The notes under the pieces were generated by a model that saw nothing but the letters and a program-made list of their open reading frames with translations, was not told the DNA's origin and ran no database searches. The translations under genes were made by a program, and so were the position numbers. 64,000 nucleotides of DNA, taken from assembly GCA_964596985.1 (NCBI GenBank), contig CAZQWG010000009.1, positions 28,799-92,798 on the forward strand, read 5' to 3'. Each line of letters opens with the position of its first letter. The first letter of the stretch is position 1. This document shows positions 15,986 to 25,504 of this stretch, piece after piece. The stretch comes from an uncultured Candidatus Bathyarchaeia archaeon (lineage in GTDB: Archaea > Thermoproteota > Bathyarchaeia > RBG-16-48-13 > GCA-020345945).

Positions 15986-17308
15986 TTGGCTGTGGATTCC
16001 CTCGGTGATTGGCGTCGCACCCATCTGGCAGAGGAGGTACTTCCTAATCTCGACGGATCTACTGTGACTGTGTTCGGTTGGGTTGAGGGGACCCGGGATC
16101 TAGGCGGGGTCAGGTTTCTGACTATTCGGGACAGGAGTGGGAAGATGCAGGTCACCCTTTCCCGGGGAAAGATCGGAACCAAGGTCGCTGATAGGCTTGA
16201 GAGGGTTCAGAGACAATTTGTTGTTGCGATAAGGGGGGTTGTTAAGGCTGAGAAGCGGGCTCCTTCAGGCGCAGAAATAGTACCTTCTGATGCAAAGATA
16301 CTGAACGTTTCAGTCCCGCAATTACCGCTTGATCCTACTGGAAGGATACCGGTAGATATGGATACCCGACTCGCGTCCAGATCGTTGGATCTGAGGCGTC
16401 CGATCCCTCAAGCAATTTTTCAGGTTAGGAATGTCCTTGTCAGGGATATTAGAGACTTTCTTTGGTCGAGAGGATACGTCGAAGTAAGCACACCGAAAAT
16501 AATTGCCACTGCCACGGAAGGCGGCGCGTCGCTGTTCCCAATTGCCTACTATAACGGGGAGGCGTTTCTAGCTCAGAGTCCTCAACTCTATAAAGAGGAA
16601 CTCACTCTCGCATTTGAGAAGGTATTTGAGATCGCTCCTTTCTTCAGAGCGGAGGAGTCGCGCACACTACGTCATCTTAGCGAGTTCATCTCTGTGGACT
16701 TGGAGGAGGCATTCGTCGATGCTAAGGATGTATCCAGAACGCTGGAGGAACTTATTCTGCATTCGGTCCATACGGTCAAAGAGCGTTGTGACAAGCAGCT
16801 TGGGATTCTCGGTGTGGACACCTCCTCTTGGGAGAGTGAGATCCCTAGATACTCCTATGACGAGATCTTGAATGATTTGGATCAGAAGCTCAATATGCCG
16901 GTGGAATGGGGAGAGGATATACCGACTGCCCACTTAAGGGCTCTTGGCGAGCTCCATACAGGATTCTACTTCATTTCAGATTGGCCTTCGAAGATCAAAC
17001 CATTCTATGTCAAACCGAAAGAAGATAAACCGGAAGTCTCGGAGTCCTTTGACCTTATGTTCAGGTGGGTTGAACTCGCCTCGGGTGGTACCCGGGTATC
17101 AGACAGGAATTTGCTGATCGAAAGGTTGAAAGAACAAGGTCTCAATCCTGCTACCTTTGAATACCATCTGAAGGCTTACGACTACGGTATGCCTCCGCAC
17201 GCAGGATGGGGGATGGGGCTTGACCGGTTGATTATGGTCTTCACGGGTAGAGAGAACATCAGGGATGTTGTCCTATTCCCCCGTGACCAGTCTCATCTCA
17301 CCCCATAG
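15986..17308 (+). CDS. aspS: Aspartate--tRNA ligase, archaeal type
   Basis: OB-fold N-terminus (VFGWVEGTRDLGGVRFLTIRDRSGKMQV). Class II motifs FRAEESRTLRHLSEF and GMPPHAGWGMGLDRL. Confidence 0.92.
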   Translation: MAVDSLGDWRRTHLAEEVLPNLDGSTVTVFGWVEGTRDLGGVRFLTIRDRSGKMQVTLSRGKIGTKVADRLERVQRQFVVAIRGVVKAEKRAPSGAEIVPSDAKILNVSVPQLPLDPTGRIPVDMDTRLASRSLDLRRPIPQAIFQVRNVLVRDIRDFLWSRGYVEVSTPKIIATATEGGASLFPIAYYNGEAFLAQSPQLYKEELTLAFEKVFEIAPFFRAEESRTLRHLSEFISVDLEEAFVDAKDVSRTLEELILHSVHTVKERCDKQLGILGVDTSSWESEIPRYSYDEILNDLDQKLNMPVEWGEDIPTAHLRALGELHTGFYFISDWPSKIKPFYVKPKEDKPEVSESFDLMFRWVELASGGTRVSDRNLLIERLKEQGLNPATFEYHLKAYDYGMPPHAGWGMGLDRLIMVFTGRENIRDVVLFPRDQSHLTP

Positions 17309-17355
17309 CCGAAAGGCATCAATAGAATCTATGACGGAGGCTGATCGAGATGTGC

Positions 17356-17817
17356 CTAGTCTTGGACGGTTCTGACCTCGATCTTGCAAGGGATAGCTAG
17401 CTTTGGAGCCACGCTTTTTAAAACCTTCTTGCCGTAGTCGGCGTCGCCCTTGTCGACGCGGACGACCGCGATTGTTTGCCCCTTCTTGACTTTGACGGCT
17501 CTTCCAGATGGTTTTCCGAACGCTCTTCTCATTCCTGAAGAGACTCTATCGGCCCCGGCGAATGCAAGCCATTTCTTTCCTCTTACAATGGAGTGAGGGT
17601 AGAGGTTTATCCTATAATGGTACTTTGACAGTTTCTCGCTGAAGGCCCTATTGACGTGAACCCGTAAAGCCTCAAGAGACTTATCCGACAGGCTTCCTGT
17701 CTCTGCTGCTAGAAATACAATCTCGGTGTTGTATTCGCCTTTCGGGTCTCCCATCTCGAATATCGAGATTTTCGGTGAGGGTGCGCCGTGAACGTATTCC
17801 TTTCTCGTATAGGCCAT
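17356..17817 (-). CDS. rpl10e: 50S ribosomal protein L10e (uL16)
   Basis: AYTRKEYVHGAPSPKISIFEMGD...LAFAGADRVSSGMRRAFGKPSGRAVKVKKGQ. It starts directly at the AYTR motif and so lacks the usual ~15-aa basic N-terminus. Confidence 0.85.
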   Translation of the reverse strand: MAYTRKEYVHGAPSPKISIFEMGDPKGEYNTEIVFLAAETGSLSDKSLEALRVHVNRAFSEKLSKYHYRINLYPHSIVRGKKWLAFAGADRVSSGMRRAFGKPSGRAVKVKKGQTIAVVRVDKGDADYGKKVLKSVAPKLAIPCKIEVRTVQD

Positions 17818-17916
17818 GCTGGAGTTTCCACCTACTCAAGAGTACTCTGTCGGGAAGTGTCATTGATAACTATTGGCTTTGATATAACTTTATCCTGAGC
17901 AAGTCGCTTCCTTAGA

Positions 17917-19050
17917 CTAGAAGAAGAATCCACGGGTCTCAACCTCTTCCCCGCTCTCCTTTGCCAGCTCCTTGAGCAGCTCTTTCTGCTTTTTGGAGAG
18001 TTTCTTAGGTACCCTCAGATTGACCCTGACCAGCTCGTCTCCTTTCCTCCCACCGTGGAGTGAGGGCATCCCTCTTCCCCTGAGACGGAAGATCGTGCCC
18101 GGCTGGGTTCCTCTCGGGATTTTCAACTCAGCCTTGCCGTTTAAAGTTTGAACCTCGACCTTGGCTCCGAGAGCAGCCTGGGCGTATCCTATCTCCATCT
18201 CATAGATGATGTCGTTCCCACTTCTCTTGAAGTGCTGGTGTGGTCTTACGTGGATGACTACATAGAGATCTCCGGGAGGTCCAGCGCCTGGGGTAGCTTC
18301 TCCTTGACCTGACAATCTGAGGTGGGATCCTGTATCAACCCCTGCAGGAATTGTTATGTCGATTTTTCGTCTTCTTTGCACGGTTCCGGTACCATTGCAT
18401 ATGTTACACGGGGTGTCGATGATTCTTCCGTTTCCTCTGCATTTGTTGCATGTTGTGATCTGTACGAATCTTGTGAATCCTGTTGCTCTCACATTTCTTA
18501 CTTGTCCAGCTCCTTGACAATCGGGACAAGTCCTAGGTTCGGTTCCTGCCTTAGCCCCCGTTCCTCTGCAGGTTTCACACGTCTCTCTTCTGGGGATTTC
18601 AATCTGTGTTGATAGTCCTCCGGCAGCCTCTTCGAGAGTGATTTCCAGATCGTACCTGAGATCTCTTCCCTTGGTCGGGCCTCTCCGGCGTGGTGCTCCT
18701 CTGAAGAACATGTCGAAGATGCTATCGAATCCCCCGAAACCAAAGCCCATGTCCCGGAAGATCTCGTCGAAGTCGACTCCTCTATAGATGTCGTCCCAGG
18801 TGTACTTGCCGCTTATCCCTGCATGTCCAAACTGATCGTACTGTCTTCTCTTCTCGTCATCTGAGAGTACTGCGTACGCCTCGGAGATTTCCTTGAACTT
18901 CTCCTCTGCTCCGGAGTCCTTGTTTCTATCTGGGTGATACTTGAATGCAAGTTTTCTGTAGGCATCTCTGATCTTAGATTTGGTTGCATCCCTTGAAATC
19001 CCGAGTATGTCGTAGTAGTCTCTCTTCTGCACTTGCTTCGGTCCGCCCAT
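17917..19050 (-). CDS. dnaJ: Molecular chaperone DnaJ
   Basis: J domain DYYDILGISRDATKSKIRDAYRKLAFKYHPDRN. Four CxxCxGxG repeats (CETCRGTG, CPDCQGAG, CNKCRGNG, CNICNGTG). Confidence 0.95.
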   Translation of the reverse strand: MGGPKQVQKRDYYDILGISRDATKSKIRDAYRKLAFKYHPDRNKDSGAEEKFKEISEAYAVLSDDEKRRQYDQFGHAGISGKYTWDDIYRGVDFDEIFRDMGFGFGGFDSIFDMFFRGAPRRRGPTKGRDLRYDLEITLEEAAGGLSTQIEIPRRETCETCRGTGAKAGTEPRTCPDCQGAGQVRNVRATGFTRFVQITTCNKCRGNGRIIDTPCNICNGTGTVQRRRKIDITIPAGVDTGSHLRLSGQGEATPGAGPPGDLYVVIHVRPHQHFKRSGNDIIYEMEIGYAQAALGAKVEVQTLNGKAELKIPRGTQPGTIFRLRGRGMPSLHGGRKGDELVRVNLRVPKKLSKKQKELLKELAKESGEEVETRGFFF

Positions 19051-19126
19051 TATCCAATGGTTGCTGAATTACACTAATCTAATACTTCTGTAATACGTTC
19101 CTAGGGTTAAGAGGCCGTTCTATTCG

Positions 19127-21031
19127 CTATTTTTCCTCCTCGTCCACTACCCTATAATCTGCATCTACAACTTTCTCGTCGGAACTTGCCTTCTGACCGC
19201 CTTCGGGTTGCGCCTGTTCTTCCGCCTTTTTCTGTGCTGCCTGTTGCGCTTGCTGCTGGGCTACCTGCTGATATATCGCGGCTCCGACTTCCTGAAGGAT
19301 TTTACCCAATTCCTCTGTCTTTGTCTTTATCTGTTCGACTTCTTTTCCGGCAAGGGCTTCTCTCAGCTCCTTGACCTTCTCGTCTATACCGCTCTTCGCC
19401 TCTTCGGATATCTTTTCCCCTAGCTCCTTTACCGTCTTCTCAGCAGTATAGATCATCGAATCTGCGGCGTTTCGCATCTCGATCTCCTCCCGAGCCTTCT
19501 TGTCTTGTTCTGCAAACTCCTCCGCCTCTCTGATCATACGCTCCTTATCTGCCTCAGAGAGCTTCGTTGACGCTGTTATGGTGATCTTTGCCTCCTTACC
19601 GGTTCCTAGGTCTTTTGCCGAGACGTGCATGAGACCATCAGCGTCTATATCGAAGGTAACCTCTATCTGGGGAATGCCGCGTGGTGCGGGTGGAATCCCT
19701 GTCAAATGGAACATTCCCAGCGAGACATTGTCCTTTGCCATTGTTCTCTCCCCTTGCAGGACGTGTATTGTGACTGACGTCTGGTTGTCGGCAGCCGTAC
19801 TGAATATCTGGCTGCGTTTGGTTGGGATTGTCGTATTCTTCTCCAAGATCTTCGTATGTACTCCTCCGAGTGTTTCTACTCCTAAGGAGAGTGGCGTAAC
19901 GTCAAGCAGAACCAGGCTAGATATCTCCCCTGCGAGAACTGCGCCTTGAATCGAGGCCCCGATCGCCACACACTCCATTGGGTCGATCCCGGTCTCCGCC
20001 TTCTTGCCCATCAAGTCCTCGACGAACTTCCTTACGAGGGGCATTCTTGTCTGGCCGCCTATGAGAATGATCTTGTCGATGTCTTTAGGCTGTAGCTTGG
20101 CGTCAGCAAGAACACTTCTGATCGGTTGTTCTATCCTCTCGACAATTGGCAGCGTCAGTTGTTCTAATTTGGCTCGGGTCAACGTCGAATGTAGGTGCTT
20201 CGGGCCTTTGTCGTCCGATGCTACGAATGGAAGATCTATCTCGGTCTTGAGCAATGTGGAGAGCTCGATCTTGGCTTTCTCTGCTGCTTCTTTCATCCTT
20301 GTCATCGCCATCTTGTCTTTCGTCAGGTCTACGCCTTCTTTGTCTAGGAACTCCTGCACCAGATGATCCACCACAGCCTTGTCTAGGTCGGTTCCTCCAG
20401 TCTTCGTGTCTCCACTAGTCGAGAGTACCTGGAAGACTCCCCCGCCGAAGTCCATGATTGTGGTGTCGTTGGTGCCTCCTCCGAAACTGAACACCATTAT
20501 CTTGAGTTCCTCCTCTATCTTGTCAAGCCCGTACGCCAAGGCTGCGGCGGTAGGTTCATTGACGATCCTCGCCACCTTCAACCCGGCTATCTCCCCAGCG
20601 TCTTTCGTGGCTTGCCTCTGGTTATCGTTGAAGTGGGCAGGAACCGTTATGACTGCCTTCTCGACCTTCTCGCCCAGAAAGGTCTCGGCGTCTCTCATTA
20701 TCTTCTGCAGTATGAATGCTGAGACCTGTTGGGGTGTGTAGGTTTTTCCTCGAATAGTTATCTTCTCATTCGTTCCCATCTTTCTCTTGACTTCGAAGAT
20801 CGTTCCTTCGGGATTAGTCACGGCTTGACGTCTCGCCGGCTCCCCTACTAGAAGTTGTCCGTCTTCGGTGAAGGCCACAACCGATGGGAACATCTTTCCT
20901 GCCACTGTCTGGCCTTCAGCGCTGGGAACGACAACCGGTCGGCCCGCTTCCATTATGGCTGCTGCGGAGTTGGTTGTACCCAGGTCGATTCCCAATACCC
21001 TTTCTCTTTTCTTTTCGGTTTTCTCACCCAC
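19127..21031 (-). CDS. dnaK: Molecular chaperone DnaK (Hsp70)
   Basis: 634 aa. [35 protein letters not shown] and the substrate-binding domain [15 protein letters not shown]. Confidence 0.97.
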   Translation of the reverse strand: MGEKTEKKRERVLGIDLGTTNSAAAIMEAGRPVVVPSAEGQTVAGKMFPSVVAFTEDGQLLVGEPARRQAVTNPEGTIFEVKRKMGTNEKITIRGKTYTPQQVSAFILQKIMRDAETFLGEKVEKAVITVPAHFNDNQRQATKDAGEIAGLKVARIVNEPTAAALAYGLDKIEEELKIMVFSFGGGTNDTTIMDFGGGVFQVLSTSGDTKTGGTDLDKAVVDHLVQEFLDKEGVDLTKDKMAMTRMKEAAEKAKIELSTLLKTEIDLPFVASDDKGPKHLHSTLTRAKLEQLTLPIVERIEQPIRSVLADAKLQPKDIDKIILIGGQTRMPLVRKFVEDLMGKKAETGIDPMECVAIGASIQGAVLAGEISSLVLLDVTPLSLGVETLGGVHTKILEKNTTIPTKRSQIFSTAADNQTSVTIHVLQGERTMAKDNVSLGMFHLTGIPPAPRGIPQIEVTFDIDADGLMHVSAKDLGTGKEAKITITASTKLSEADKERMIREAEEFAEQDKKAREEIEMRNAADSMIYTAEKTVKELGEKISEEAKSGIDEKVKELREALAGKEVEQIKTKTEELGKILQEVGAAIYQQVAQQQAQQAAQKKAEEQAQPEGGQKASSDEKVVDADYRVVDEEEK

Positions 21032-21050
21032 GTAAATACCTCCTTAATAG

Positions 21051-21623
21051 TTATTCTTCCGATGAGTTTGACTTCGAGGTTGAGACTACAACCGTGCTTG
21101 GTCTGATAACCTTTCCTCTTAGCAGGTATCCTCTTCTTATCTCGCTTAGCACTATGCCTTCCCTCCGTTCTTTGGCGTATTTCTTTGAGATTGCTTGGTG
21201 CATCTTTGGATCGAAGGGTTTGTTCTCACACTCGATAACCGTGACTCCTTCTCGATCAAGGATCCGTTGAAGCTTATCATGTATCATCTTGACTCCTTTC
21301 TTGACTTCCTCCGAGACCGACGTGTCTTCGCCCGCTTTACTGGCAAGTTCCAACTCGTCAACTATCTCAAGGAGGTTTATGATCAATCTCTCATTTCCAA
21401 ACTTGGAGATCTTATCTATCTCTCTCTCGGTCCTCTTCAAACAGTTCTCGTAGTCTGCCTGCAGGTACTTCAACTGCGTCATGTAAGCGTCTTTCTTCTC
21501 TTCTTCCTCCTTCAATCGATTCTGGAGGAATTCGAGGTTCTCCTCTAGTTCGGCGATTCTTCTAGATCGCTTCTTCTTGGGTGAAGGCTGCCTTTCTTCC
21601 TTCTTCCCCGTTTCACCACACAT
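21051..21623 (-). CDS. grpE: Nucleotide exchange factor GrpE
   Basis: 190 aa. Coiled-coil N-terminus (YLQADYENCLKRTEREI) plus a C-terminal beta domain (GYLLRGKVIRPSTVVVS). It sits immediately upstream of dnaK. Confidence 0.9.
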   Translation of the reverse strand: MCGETGKKEERQPSPKKKRSRRIAELEENLEFLQNRLKEEEEKKDAYMTQLKYLQADYENCLKRTEREIDKISKFGNERLIINLLEIVDELELASKAGEDTSVSEEVKKGVKMIHDKLQRILDREGVTVIECENKPFDPKMHQAISKKYAKERREGIVLSEIRRGYLLRGKVIRPSTVVVSTSKSNSSEE

Positions 21624-21820
21624 CGTGTGTCCCTCGACTCTCTGGGGATACCCTTCGCGAACCTCTTTTAGATCTGTCGGAAGGCTTCAAAAAGTTCCTA
21701 AACCAATTCCGGTTGGGTGTGGCTGGGGTTTCTATTAAACTTTCTTTTCCTAGCGGAACAAGGCTTCGGTTCTGAAGACCAAGGTTGATACTTGACTCTA
21801 GAATTGTTGAAGATGTAGAA

Positions 21821-23179
21821 CTAGTATCCCACTAGAACTCGATTCTCTGATTTCATGAATTCTCGGAGCACTATTGTCGCATAACTTCCCCTCGGAAGAC
21901 GGAAGTGGAATGTCACTTTCACCATATCCCTATTCAACGAGTCTCCACCGACCCCCAGCTCCGCAAAATCCTTGATCTTCATCGTTGCAGCCCTATAGCC
22001 CCCATAAGCTCTCAATTCGGGCATAGCCGACATCCGGAACGTTTCCTTCTCGATCATCTCTTCGTTGAGAACCTCCTTCTCGATCTCTCCTTGTCTGCCA
22101 TCCGATAAGCAGGTATCAAAACCGATAATGGGCAAGGCAATCGCCATTCTTCCGAGCCTGATTCCATCGTTCACTGAGCGTGCATTCTTCCTATTCACCT
22201 CAACGGGTTCCCCTTTGAAGTTGCCTTGAGGGTTCAACTCCCAGACTTTATCTCCTGGCTCAGCCTGTACTAGGGGCAGTCCGTATCCAACCCTTTCACT
22301 CAGGATTCGGTTGAACAGGTAGGCTTGGTATGCATGGATGAATAGGCGTCTGAGTCTCAGTGGTAGGCTTCTAATCGCATTTGCATAGCTATCTGGTCGG
22401 TTGGAGAGATGGAGCAGCATCATGCGTTCATACTCAAGTCTTCTAGGAAAACTTCTGTAGGCTTTTCTGAAATCCATCGTTTCAAGCAGTTCTCTCCGAG
22501 CCTCGTTAAGACTCGTCTCCTTGATTACGCTCGGCTCCGTAAGATAAGTCATGACTGCCTGACGGTACTCTCCTCTCAGAAGACATCTTCCTACGATATG
22601 TGTTATGGATCGAATTGTCCCAAATCGCTGGTGACCAAAGAAATTCGGCACTCCTCCAGCCTTGAGGATCTCTGTCCGGACAGATTCTGCACGTCTCCTT
22701 GCCTCTTCTTCTTGAAGATCGATGTCTCTAAGAGAGATTTTGAATTCATTCTGAGCAAGCATTCCTGATGTTATTGGACGGTTCGACCGAAGTACTGGGA
22801 ATAATCTGATCCGGTTCGTTTGGAATTCTATAATCTCTGAGGGTCTCTTCCTTTGGATCGTAACGAACTGATACGTTAAGGCACGTGCATCTTTGAGTCC
22901 GGCAAAATCGATTCTATCTTCATTGATCTCCAGCTTCTTTGCGATTCTTCTGACTGAGGTAAGGGTATCCAGCCCCCTCTTTTCAAGGACACAGATCAGA
23001 AATCCTCCGGTACCAGTCTTGTCAGACTCATACCGTTTCGGTTCGGCGACTACGTCGTCCACCAGGACCTCCTTTACTATGAAGTCCTCTGGTAGTTGCC
23101 TCAATCTTCCTCCCAGCCCTTTGGAAGTCGTGGAGAAGAAGCCGATACCCATTCCCTTTTCGGTTTCGGCTAGCGTCAT
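21821..23179 (-). CDS. truD: tRNA pseudouridine synthase TruD/Pus7 family
   Basis: GIGFFSTTSKGLGGRLRQLPEDFIVKEV and FAGLKDARALTYQ. The internal ATG at 23179 avoids overlap with pth. Confidence 0.8.
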   Translation of the reverse strand: MTLAETEKGMGIGFFSTTSKGLGGRLRQLPEDFIVKEVLVDDVVAEPKRYESDKTGTGGFLICVLEKRGLDTLTSVRRIAKKLEINEDRIDFAGLKDARALTYQFVTIQRKRPSEIIEFQTNRIRLFPVLRSNRPITSGMLAQNEFKISLRDIDLQEEEARRRAESVRTEILKAGGVPNFFGHQRFGTIRSITHIVGRCLLRGEYRQAVMTYLTEPSVIKETSLNEARRELLETMDFRKAYRSFPRRLEYERMMLLHLSNRPDSYANAIRSLPLRLRRLFIHAYQAYLFNRILSERVGYGLPLVQAEPGDKVWELNPQGNFKGEPVEVNRKNARSVNDGIRLGRMAIALPIIGFDTCLSDGRQGEIEKEVLNEEMIEKETFRMSAMPELRAYGGYRAATMKIKDFAELGVGGDSLNRDMVKVTFHFRLPRGSYATIVLREFMKSENRVLVGY

Positions 23180-23190
23180 TGGATCAGTCT

Positions 23191-23553
23191 CTAGAGAAGA
23201 GGTAGGTCTCCCGTTATCTCGTCTACTAAATCCTTGGGGGCAGGTCCTATTCCCAAGCATGTTGTTGTTCCCGGAGGGACCTCTGTGAGTCCTCTGTCCT
23301 CTACTAGAACCCAAGGCAGTCCCATTTGCCCCGCCTTCGTACTCAACCTCTTAAGGTCTTTAAATCCATCAATCCTGACGGCGACTTTGCACTGTCCTTC
23401 TCTCAGCCATCTTTCCCACCATCCACTCTTATGCTTTCGTGCCTCCTCGGAGGAGAGGACTGCGGCGTGGGCGACTTGGACGGCGGTCTTTCCCCTGCTC
23501 ATTCCTAGATCGGATCGCACGACTATAACCTGTTTGAAGTCGAACTCTGACAA
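23191..23553 (-). CDS. pth: Peptidyl-tRNA hydrolase, archaeal Pth2
   Basis: 120 aa. KQVIVVRSDLGMSRGKTAVQVAHAAV...LTEVPPGTTTCLGIGP. Confidence 0.88.
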   Translation of the reverse strand: MSEFDFKQVIVVRSDLGMSRGKTAVQVAHAAVLSSEEARKHKSGWWERWLREGQCKVAVRIDGFKDLKRLSTKAGQMGLPWVLVEDRGLTEVPPGTTTCLGIGPAPKDLVDEITGDLPLL

Positions 23554-23622
23554 TACTCGGTGCTCCTGTTCGATCGTCTTATATGTAGACGTTTGAAGTA
23601 CATCAAAAAGGTTCTAGTTACC

Positions 23623-24819
23623 ATGACGCAACGTGAGAATTATGATGCCATCGTGATCGGGGGCGGTCCTGCAGGTCTGATCGCCGCAGGCGAGTTGGCT
23701 CGAAGGGGACCATCGGTACTTGTACTCGAAGAACATCCACAGATCGGTCTCCCTGACCATTGCGCTGGCCTAGTAAGCATAAGTGGACTGGAACGTATCG
23801 GTGTCAAGCCATCTACCAGATCAATACAAAACCTAGTTTCAGGTGCAAGGTTAGTGGCTCCGAACGGCACTGTTTTTGGGATCGGTGGTGGCGAAAACAA
23901 GGCGTACGTTCTGGACAGAAACCTATTCGACAAATCGTTGGCGATGGGTGCGATAGGAGCAGGTGCTGAAATAGAGTTAAGGTCAAGGGTGACAGAGGTT
24001 CGAAGGAAAAGTGACGGTTTTCACTGCAGGACGTCTTCTGGAAAAGGCTATCTCTGTAGGTTGCTCGTCGACTCAGAGGGGATTTCATGTCGAATACTCA
24101 AGACTCTAGGGCTCTCCTATCCTTCGCCGGACTGGGTTTTTCCCGCGGCTCAATTCGAGATCTCGGGGGATAAACTCGATACCGATCTGGTTGAGTTACA
24201 CTTCGGTCGGAATGTGGCACCAGGCTTCTTCGCTTGGTCGATTCCAATCAGCGAGAAGTCGTCGAAGATCGGCCTTGCCGTGCAGGAGGGCAATCCGCTG
24301 GAGTTGCTCGAACGCTTCCGCGGAAGATGCTTTCCCTCCTCGCAGGTATTCTCAATCCGCCTTGGAAGCGTCTTTCTGGGGGACCCCAGCACCAAGACTT
24401 TCGATGAGAATCTGCTCGTAGTTGGAGACGCCGCAGGCCAGACGAAACCCACGACCGGCGGTGGCGTGGTGGTCGGTGGTTTATGCGCGCAACTGGCAGG
24501 TCGTGTAGGGGCATCTGCCCTCCTTGAGGACGACCTTTCCGCGAAGAGGCTATCCCGTTATGAGAGGCAGTGGAAGAGTCTGCTCGGAAGCGAGCTGGCT
24601 AAGATGCGGGCGTTGAGACGCCTTTTCCCTCGGCTCTCCGACGACTCTCTGAACAGGCTGCTTGAATTTGCCTTAGGCTCCGATCTAAGACGTATCGTAG
24701 AAGAGAAAGGCGACATGGACTTTCAAGGGGACGTAATCAACCATATCATACGCCAGCCGGGCGTCTACAAGCTCCTCCTGTCCGTCGGGGGGGATGTGAT
24801 GGCATCCCTTTTCAAGTGA
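23623..24819 (+). CDS. Geranylgeranyl reductase-family FAD-dependent oxidoreductase
   Basis: YDAIVIGGGPAGLIAAGELARRG dinucleotide fold, with VVGDAAGQTKPTTGGGV later in the protein. I prefer ATG 23623 to the track start at 23560. Confidence 0.8.
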   Translation: MTQRENYDAIVIGGGPAGLIAAGELARRGPSVLVLEEHPQIGLPDHCAGLVSISGLERIGVKPSTRSIQNLVSGARLVAPNGTVFGIGGGENKAYVLDRNLFDKSLAMGAIGAGAEIELRSRVTEVRRKSDGFHCRTSSGKGYLCRLLVDSEGISCRILKTLGLSYPSPDWVFPAAQFEISGDKLDTDLVELHFGRNVAPGFFAWSIPISEKSSKIGLAVQEGNPLELLERFRGRCFPSSQVFSIRLGSVFLGDPSTKTFDENLLVVGDAAGQTKPTTGGGVVVGGLCAQLAGRVGASALLEDDLSAKRLSRYERQWKSLLGSELAKMRALRRLFPRLSDDSLNRLLEFALGSDLRRIVEEKGDMDFQGDVINHIIRQPGVYKLLLSVGGDVMASLFK

Positions 24820-24894
24820 TCCTTCGAGCGAAAGGCAACCCATATATAATTCCGCGCTGGCTATTCGATCTTACCTTTTCCACGGTGTAACGGT

Positions 24895-25080
24895 TTGAGC
24901 GAGATTCGGGAGCTGAAGATGTCATCCTGCAACGGGTGCAACCGTGTAATTGCACCTGGAGAGAACGCCGTAAAATTCCCCTGTCCGAACTGTTCTGGAA
25001 CCACAATCTGGCGTTGTGAGAAGTGTCGCCAATTCGGGCGTTCGTATAAGTGTCCGAAATGCGGTTTTCTTGGTCCGTAG
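24895..25080 (+). CDS. Zn-ribbon protein (DUF1610-like) that commonly precedes aEF-1beta
   Basis: CNGCNRV...CPNCSG...CEKC...CPKCG gives four CxxC pairs in 61 aa. It lies directly upstream of aEF-1beta. Confidence 0.6.
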   Translation: MSEIRELKMSSCNGCNRVIAPGENAVKFPCPNCSGTTIWRCEKCRQFGRSYKCPKCGFLGP

Positions 25081-25095
25081 AGGCTTGGTGATCGT

Positions 25096-25365
25096 ATGGC
25101 AAACATCGTCGCAACTTTGAAGATCCTGCCTGAGGGGATAGATATCCCGATTGAGACGTTGAGAGAGAGAATCGAAGGGAGTCTTCCCGAGAATGTCGCC
25201 GTACACAAGTTCGAAGAAGAGCCGATTGCTTTCGGATTGGTAGCGACTATCGTTCACTTGGTGATCCCTGAGGATTTTCCGGGTGGGCTTGAATCCATTG
25301 AGAAGGCTATAAACGGTATCCAGGGAGTAAGGCAAATCGACACAATCATGGTGAGAAGAGTTTAA
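25096..25365 (+). CDS. ef1b: Translation elongation factor aEF-1 beta
   Basis: 89 aa. MANIVATLKILPEGIDIPIETL...EEEPIAFGLVATIVHLVIPE...IQGVRQIDTIMVRR. Confidence 0.82.
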   Translation: MANIVATLKILPEGIDIPIETLRERIEGSLPENVAVHKFEEEPIAFGLVATIVHLVIPEDFPGGLESIEKAINGIQGVRQIDTIMVRRV

Positions 25366-25504
25366 ATCAGGCGTACCTGCTTCCATTTCAAACGAGAATT
25401 GCAGTGTGAAAGAGATTCTGATCCCTCAACCCGTCGAAGGCTGATCTTTATCTTTCCTCTGCTCGGTGGGCTCACGAAACATGTCGTTGTGAGGTTCTAC
25501 GGAT

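Noticed and set aside
17681-17863. Upstream ATG ORF (MTLPDRVLLSRWKLQ...) in another frame, as a possible frameshifted N-terminus of the short uL16
   Set aside because: The 15 residues before the frame junction would have the right length. However, they show no similarity to the conserved uL16 N-terminus (M..RP...YR). The uL16 frame has a TGA seven codons upstream of its ATG, so the short form is taken as real.
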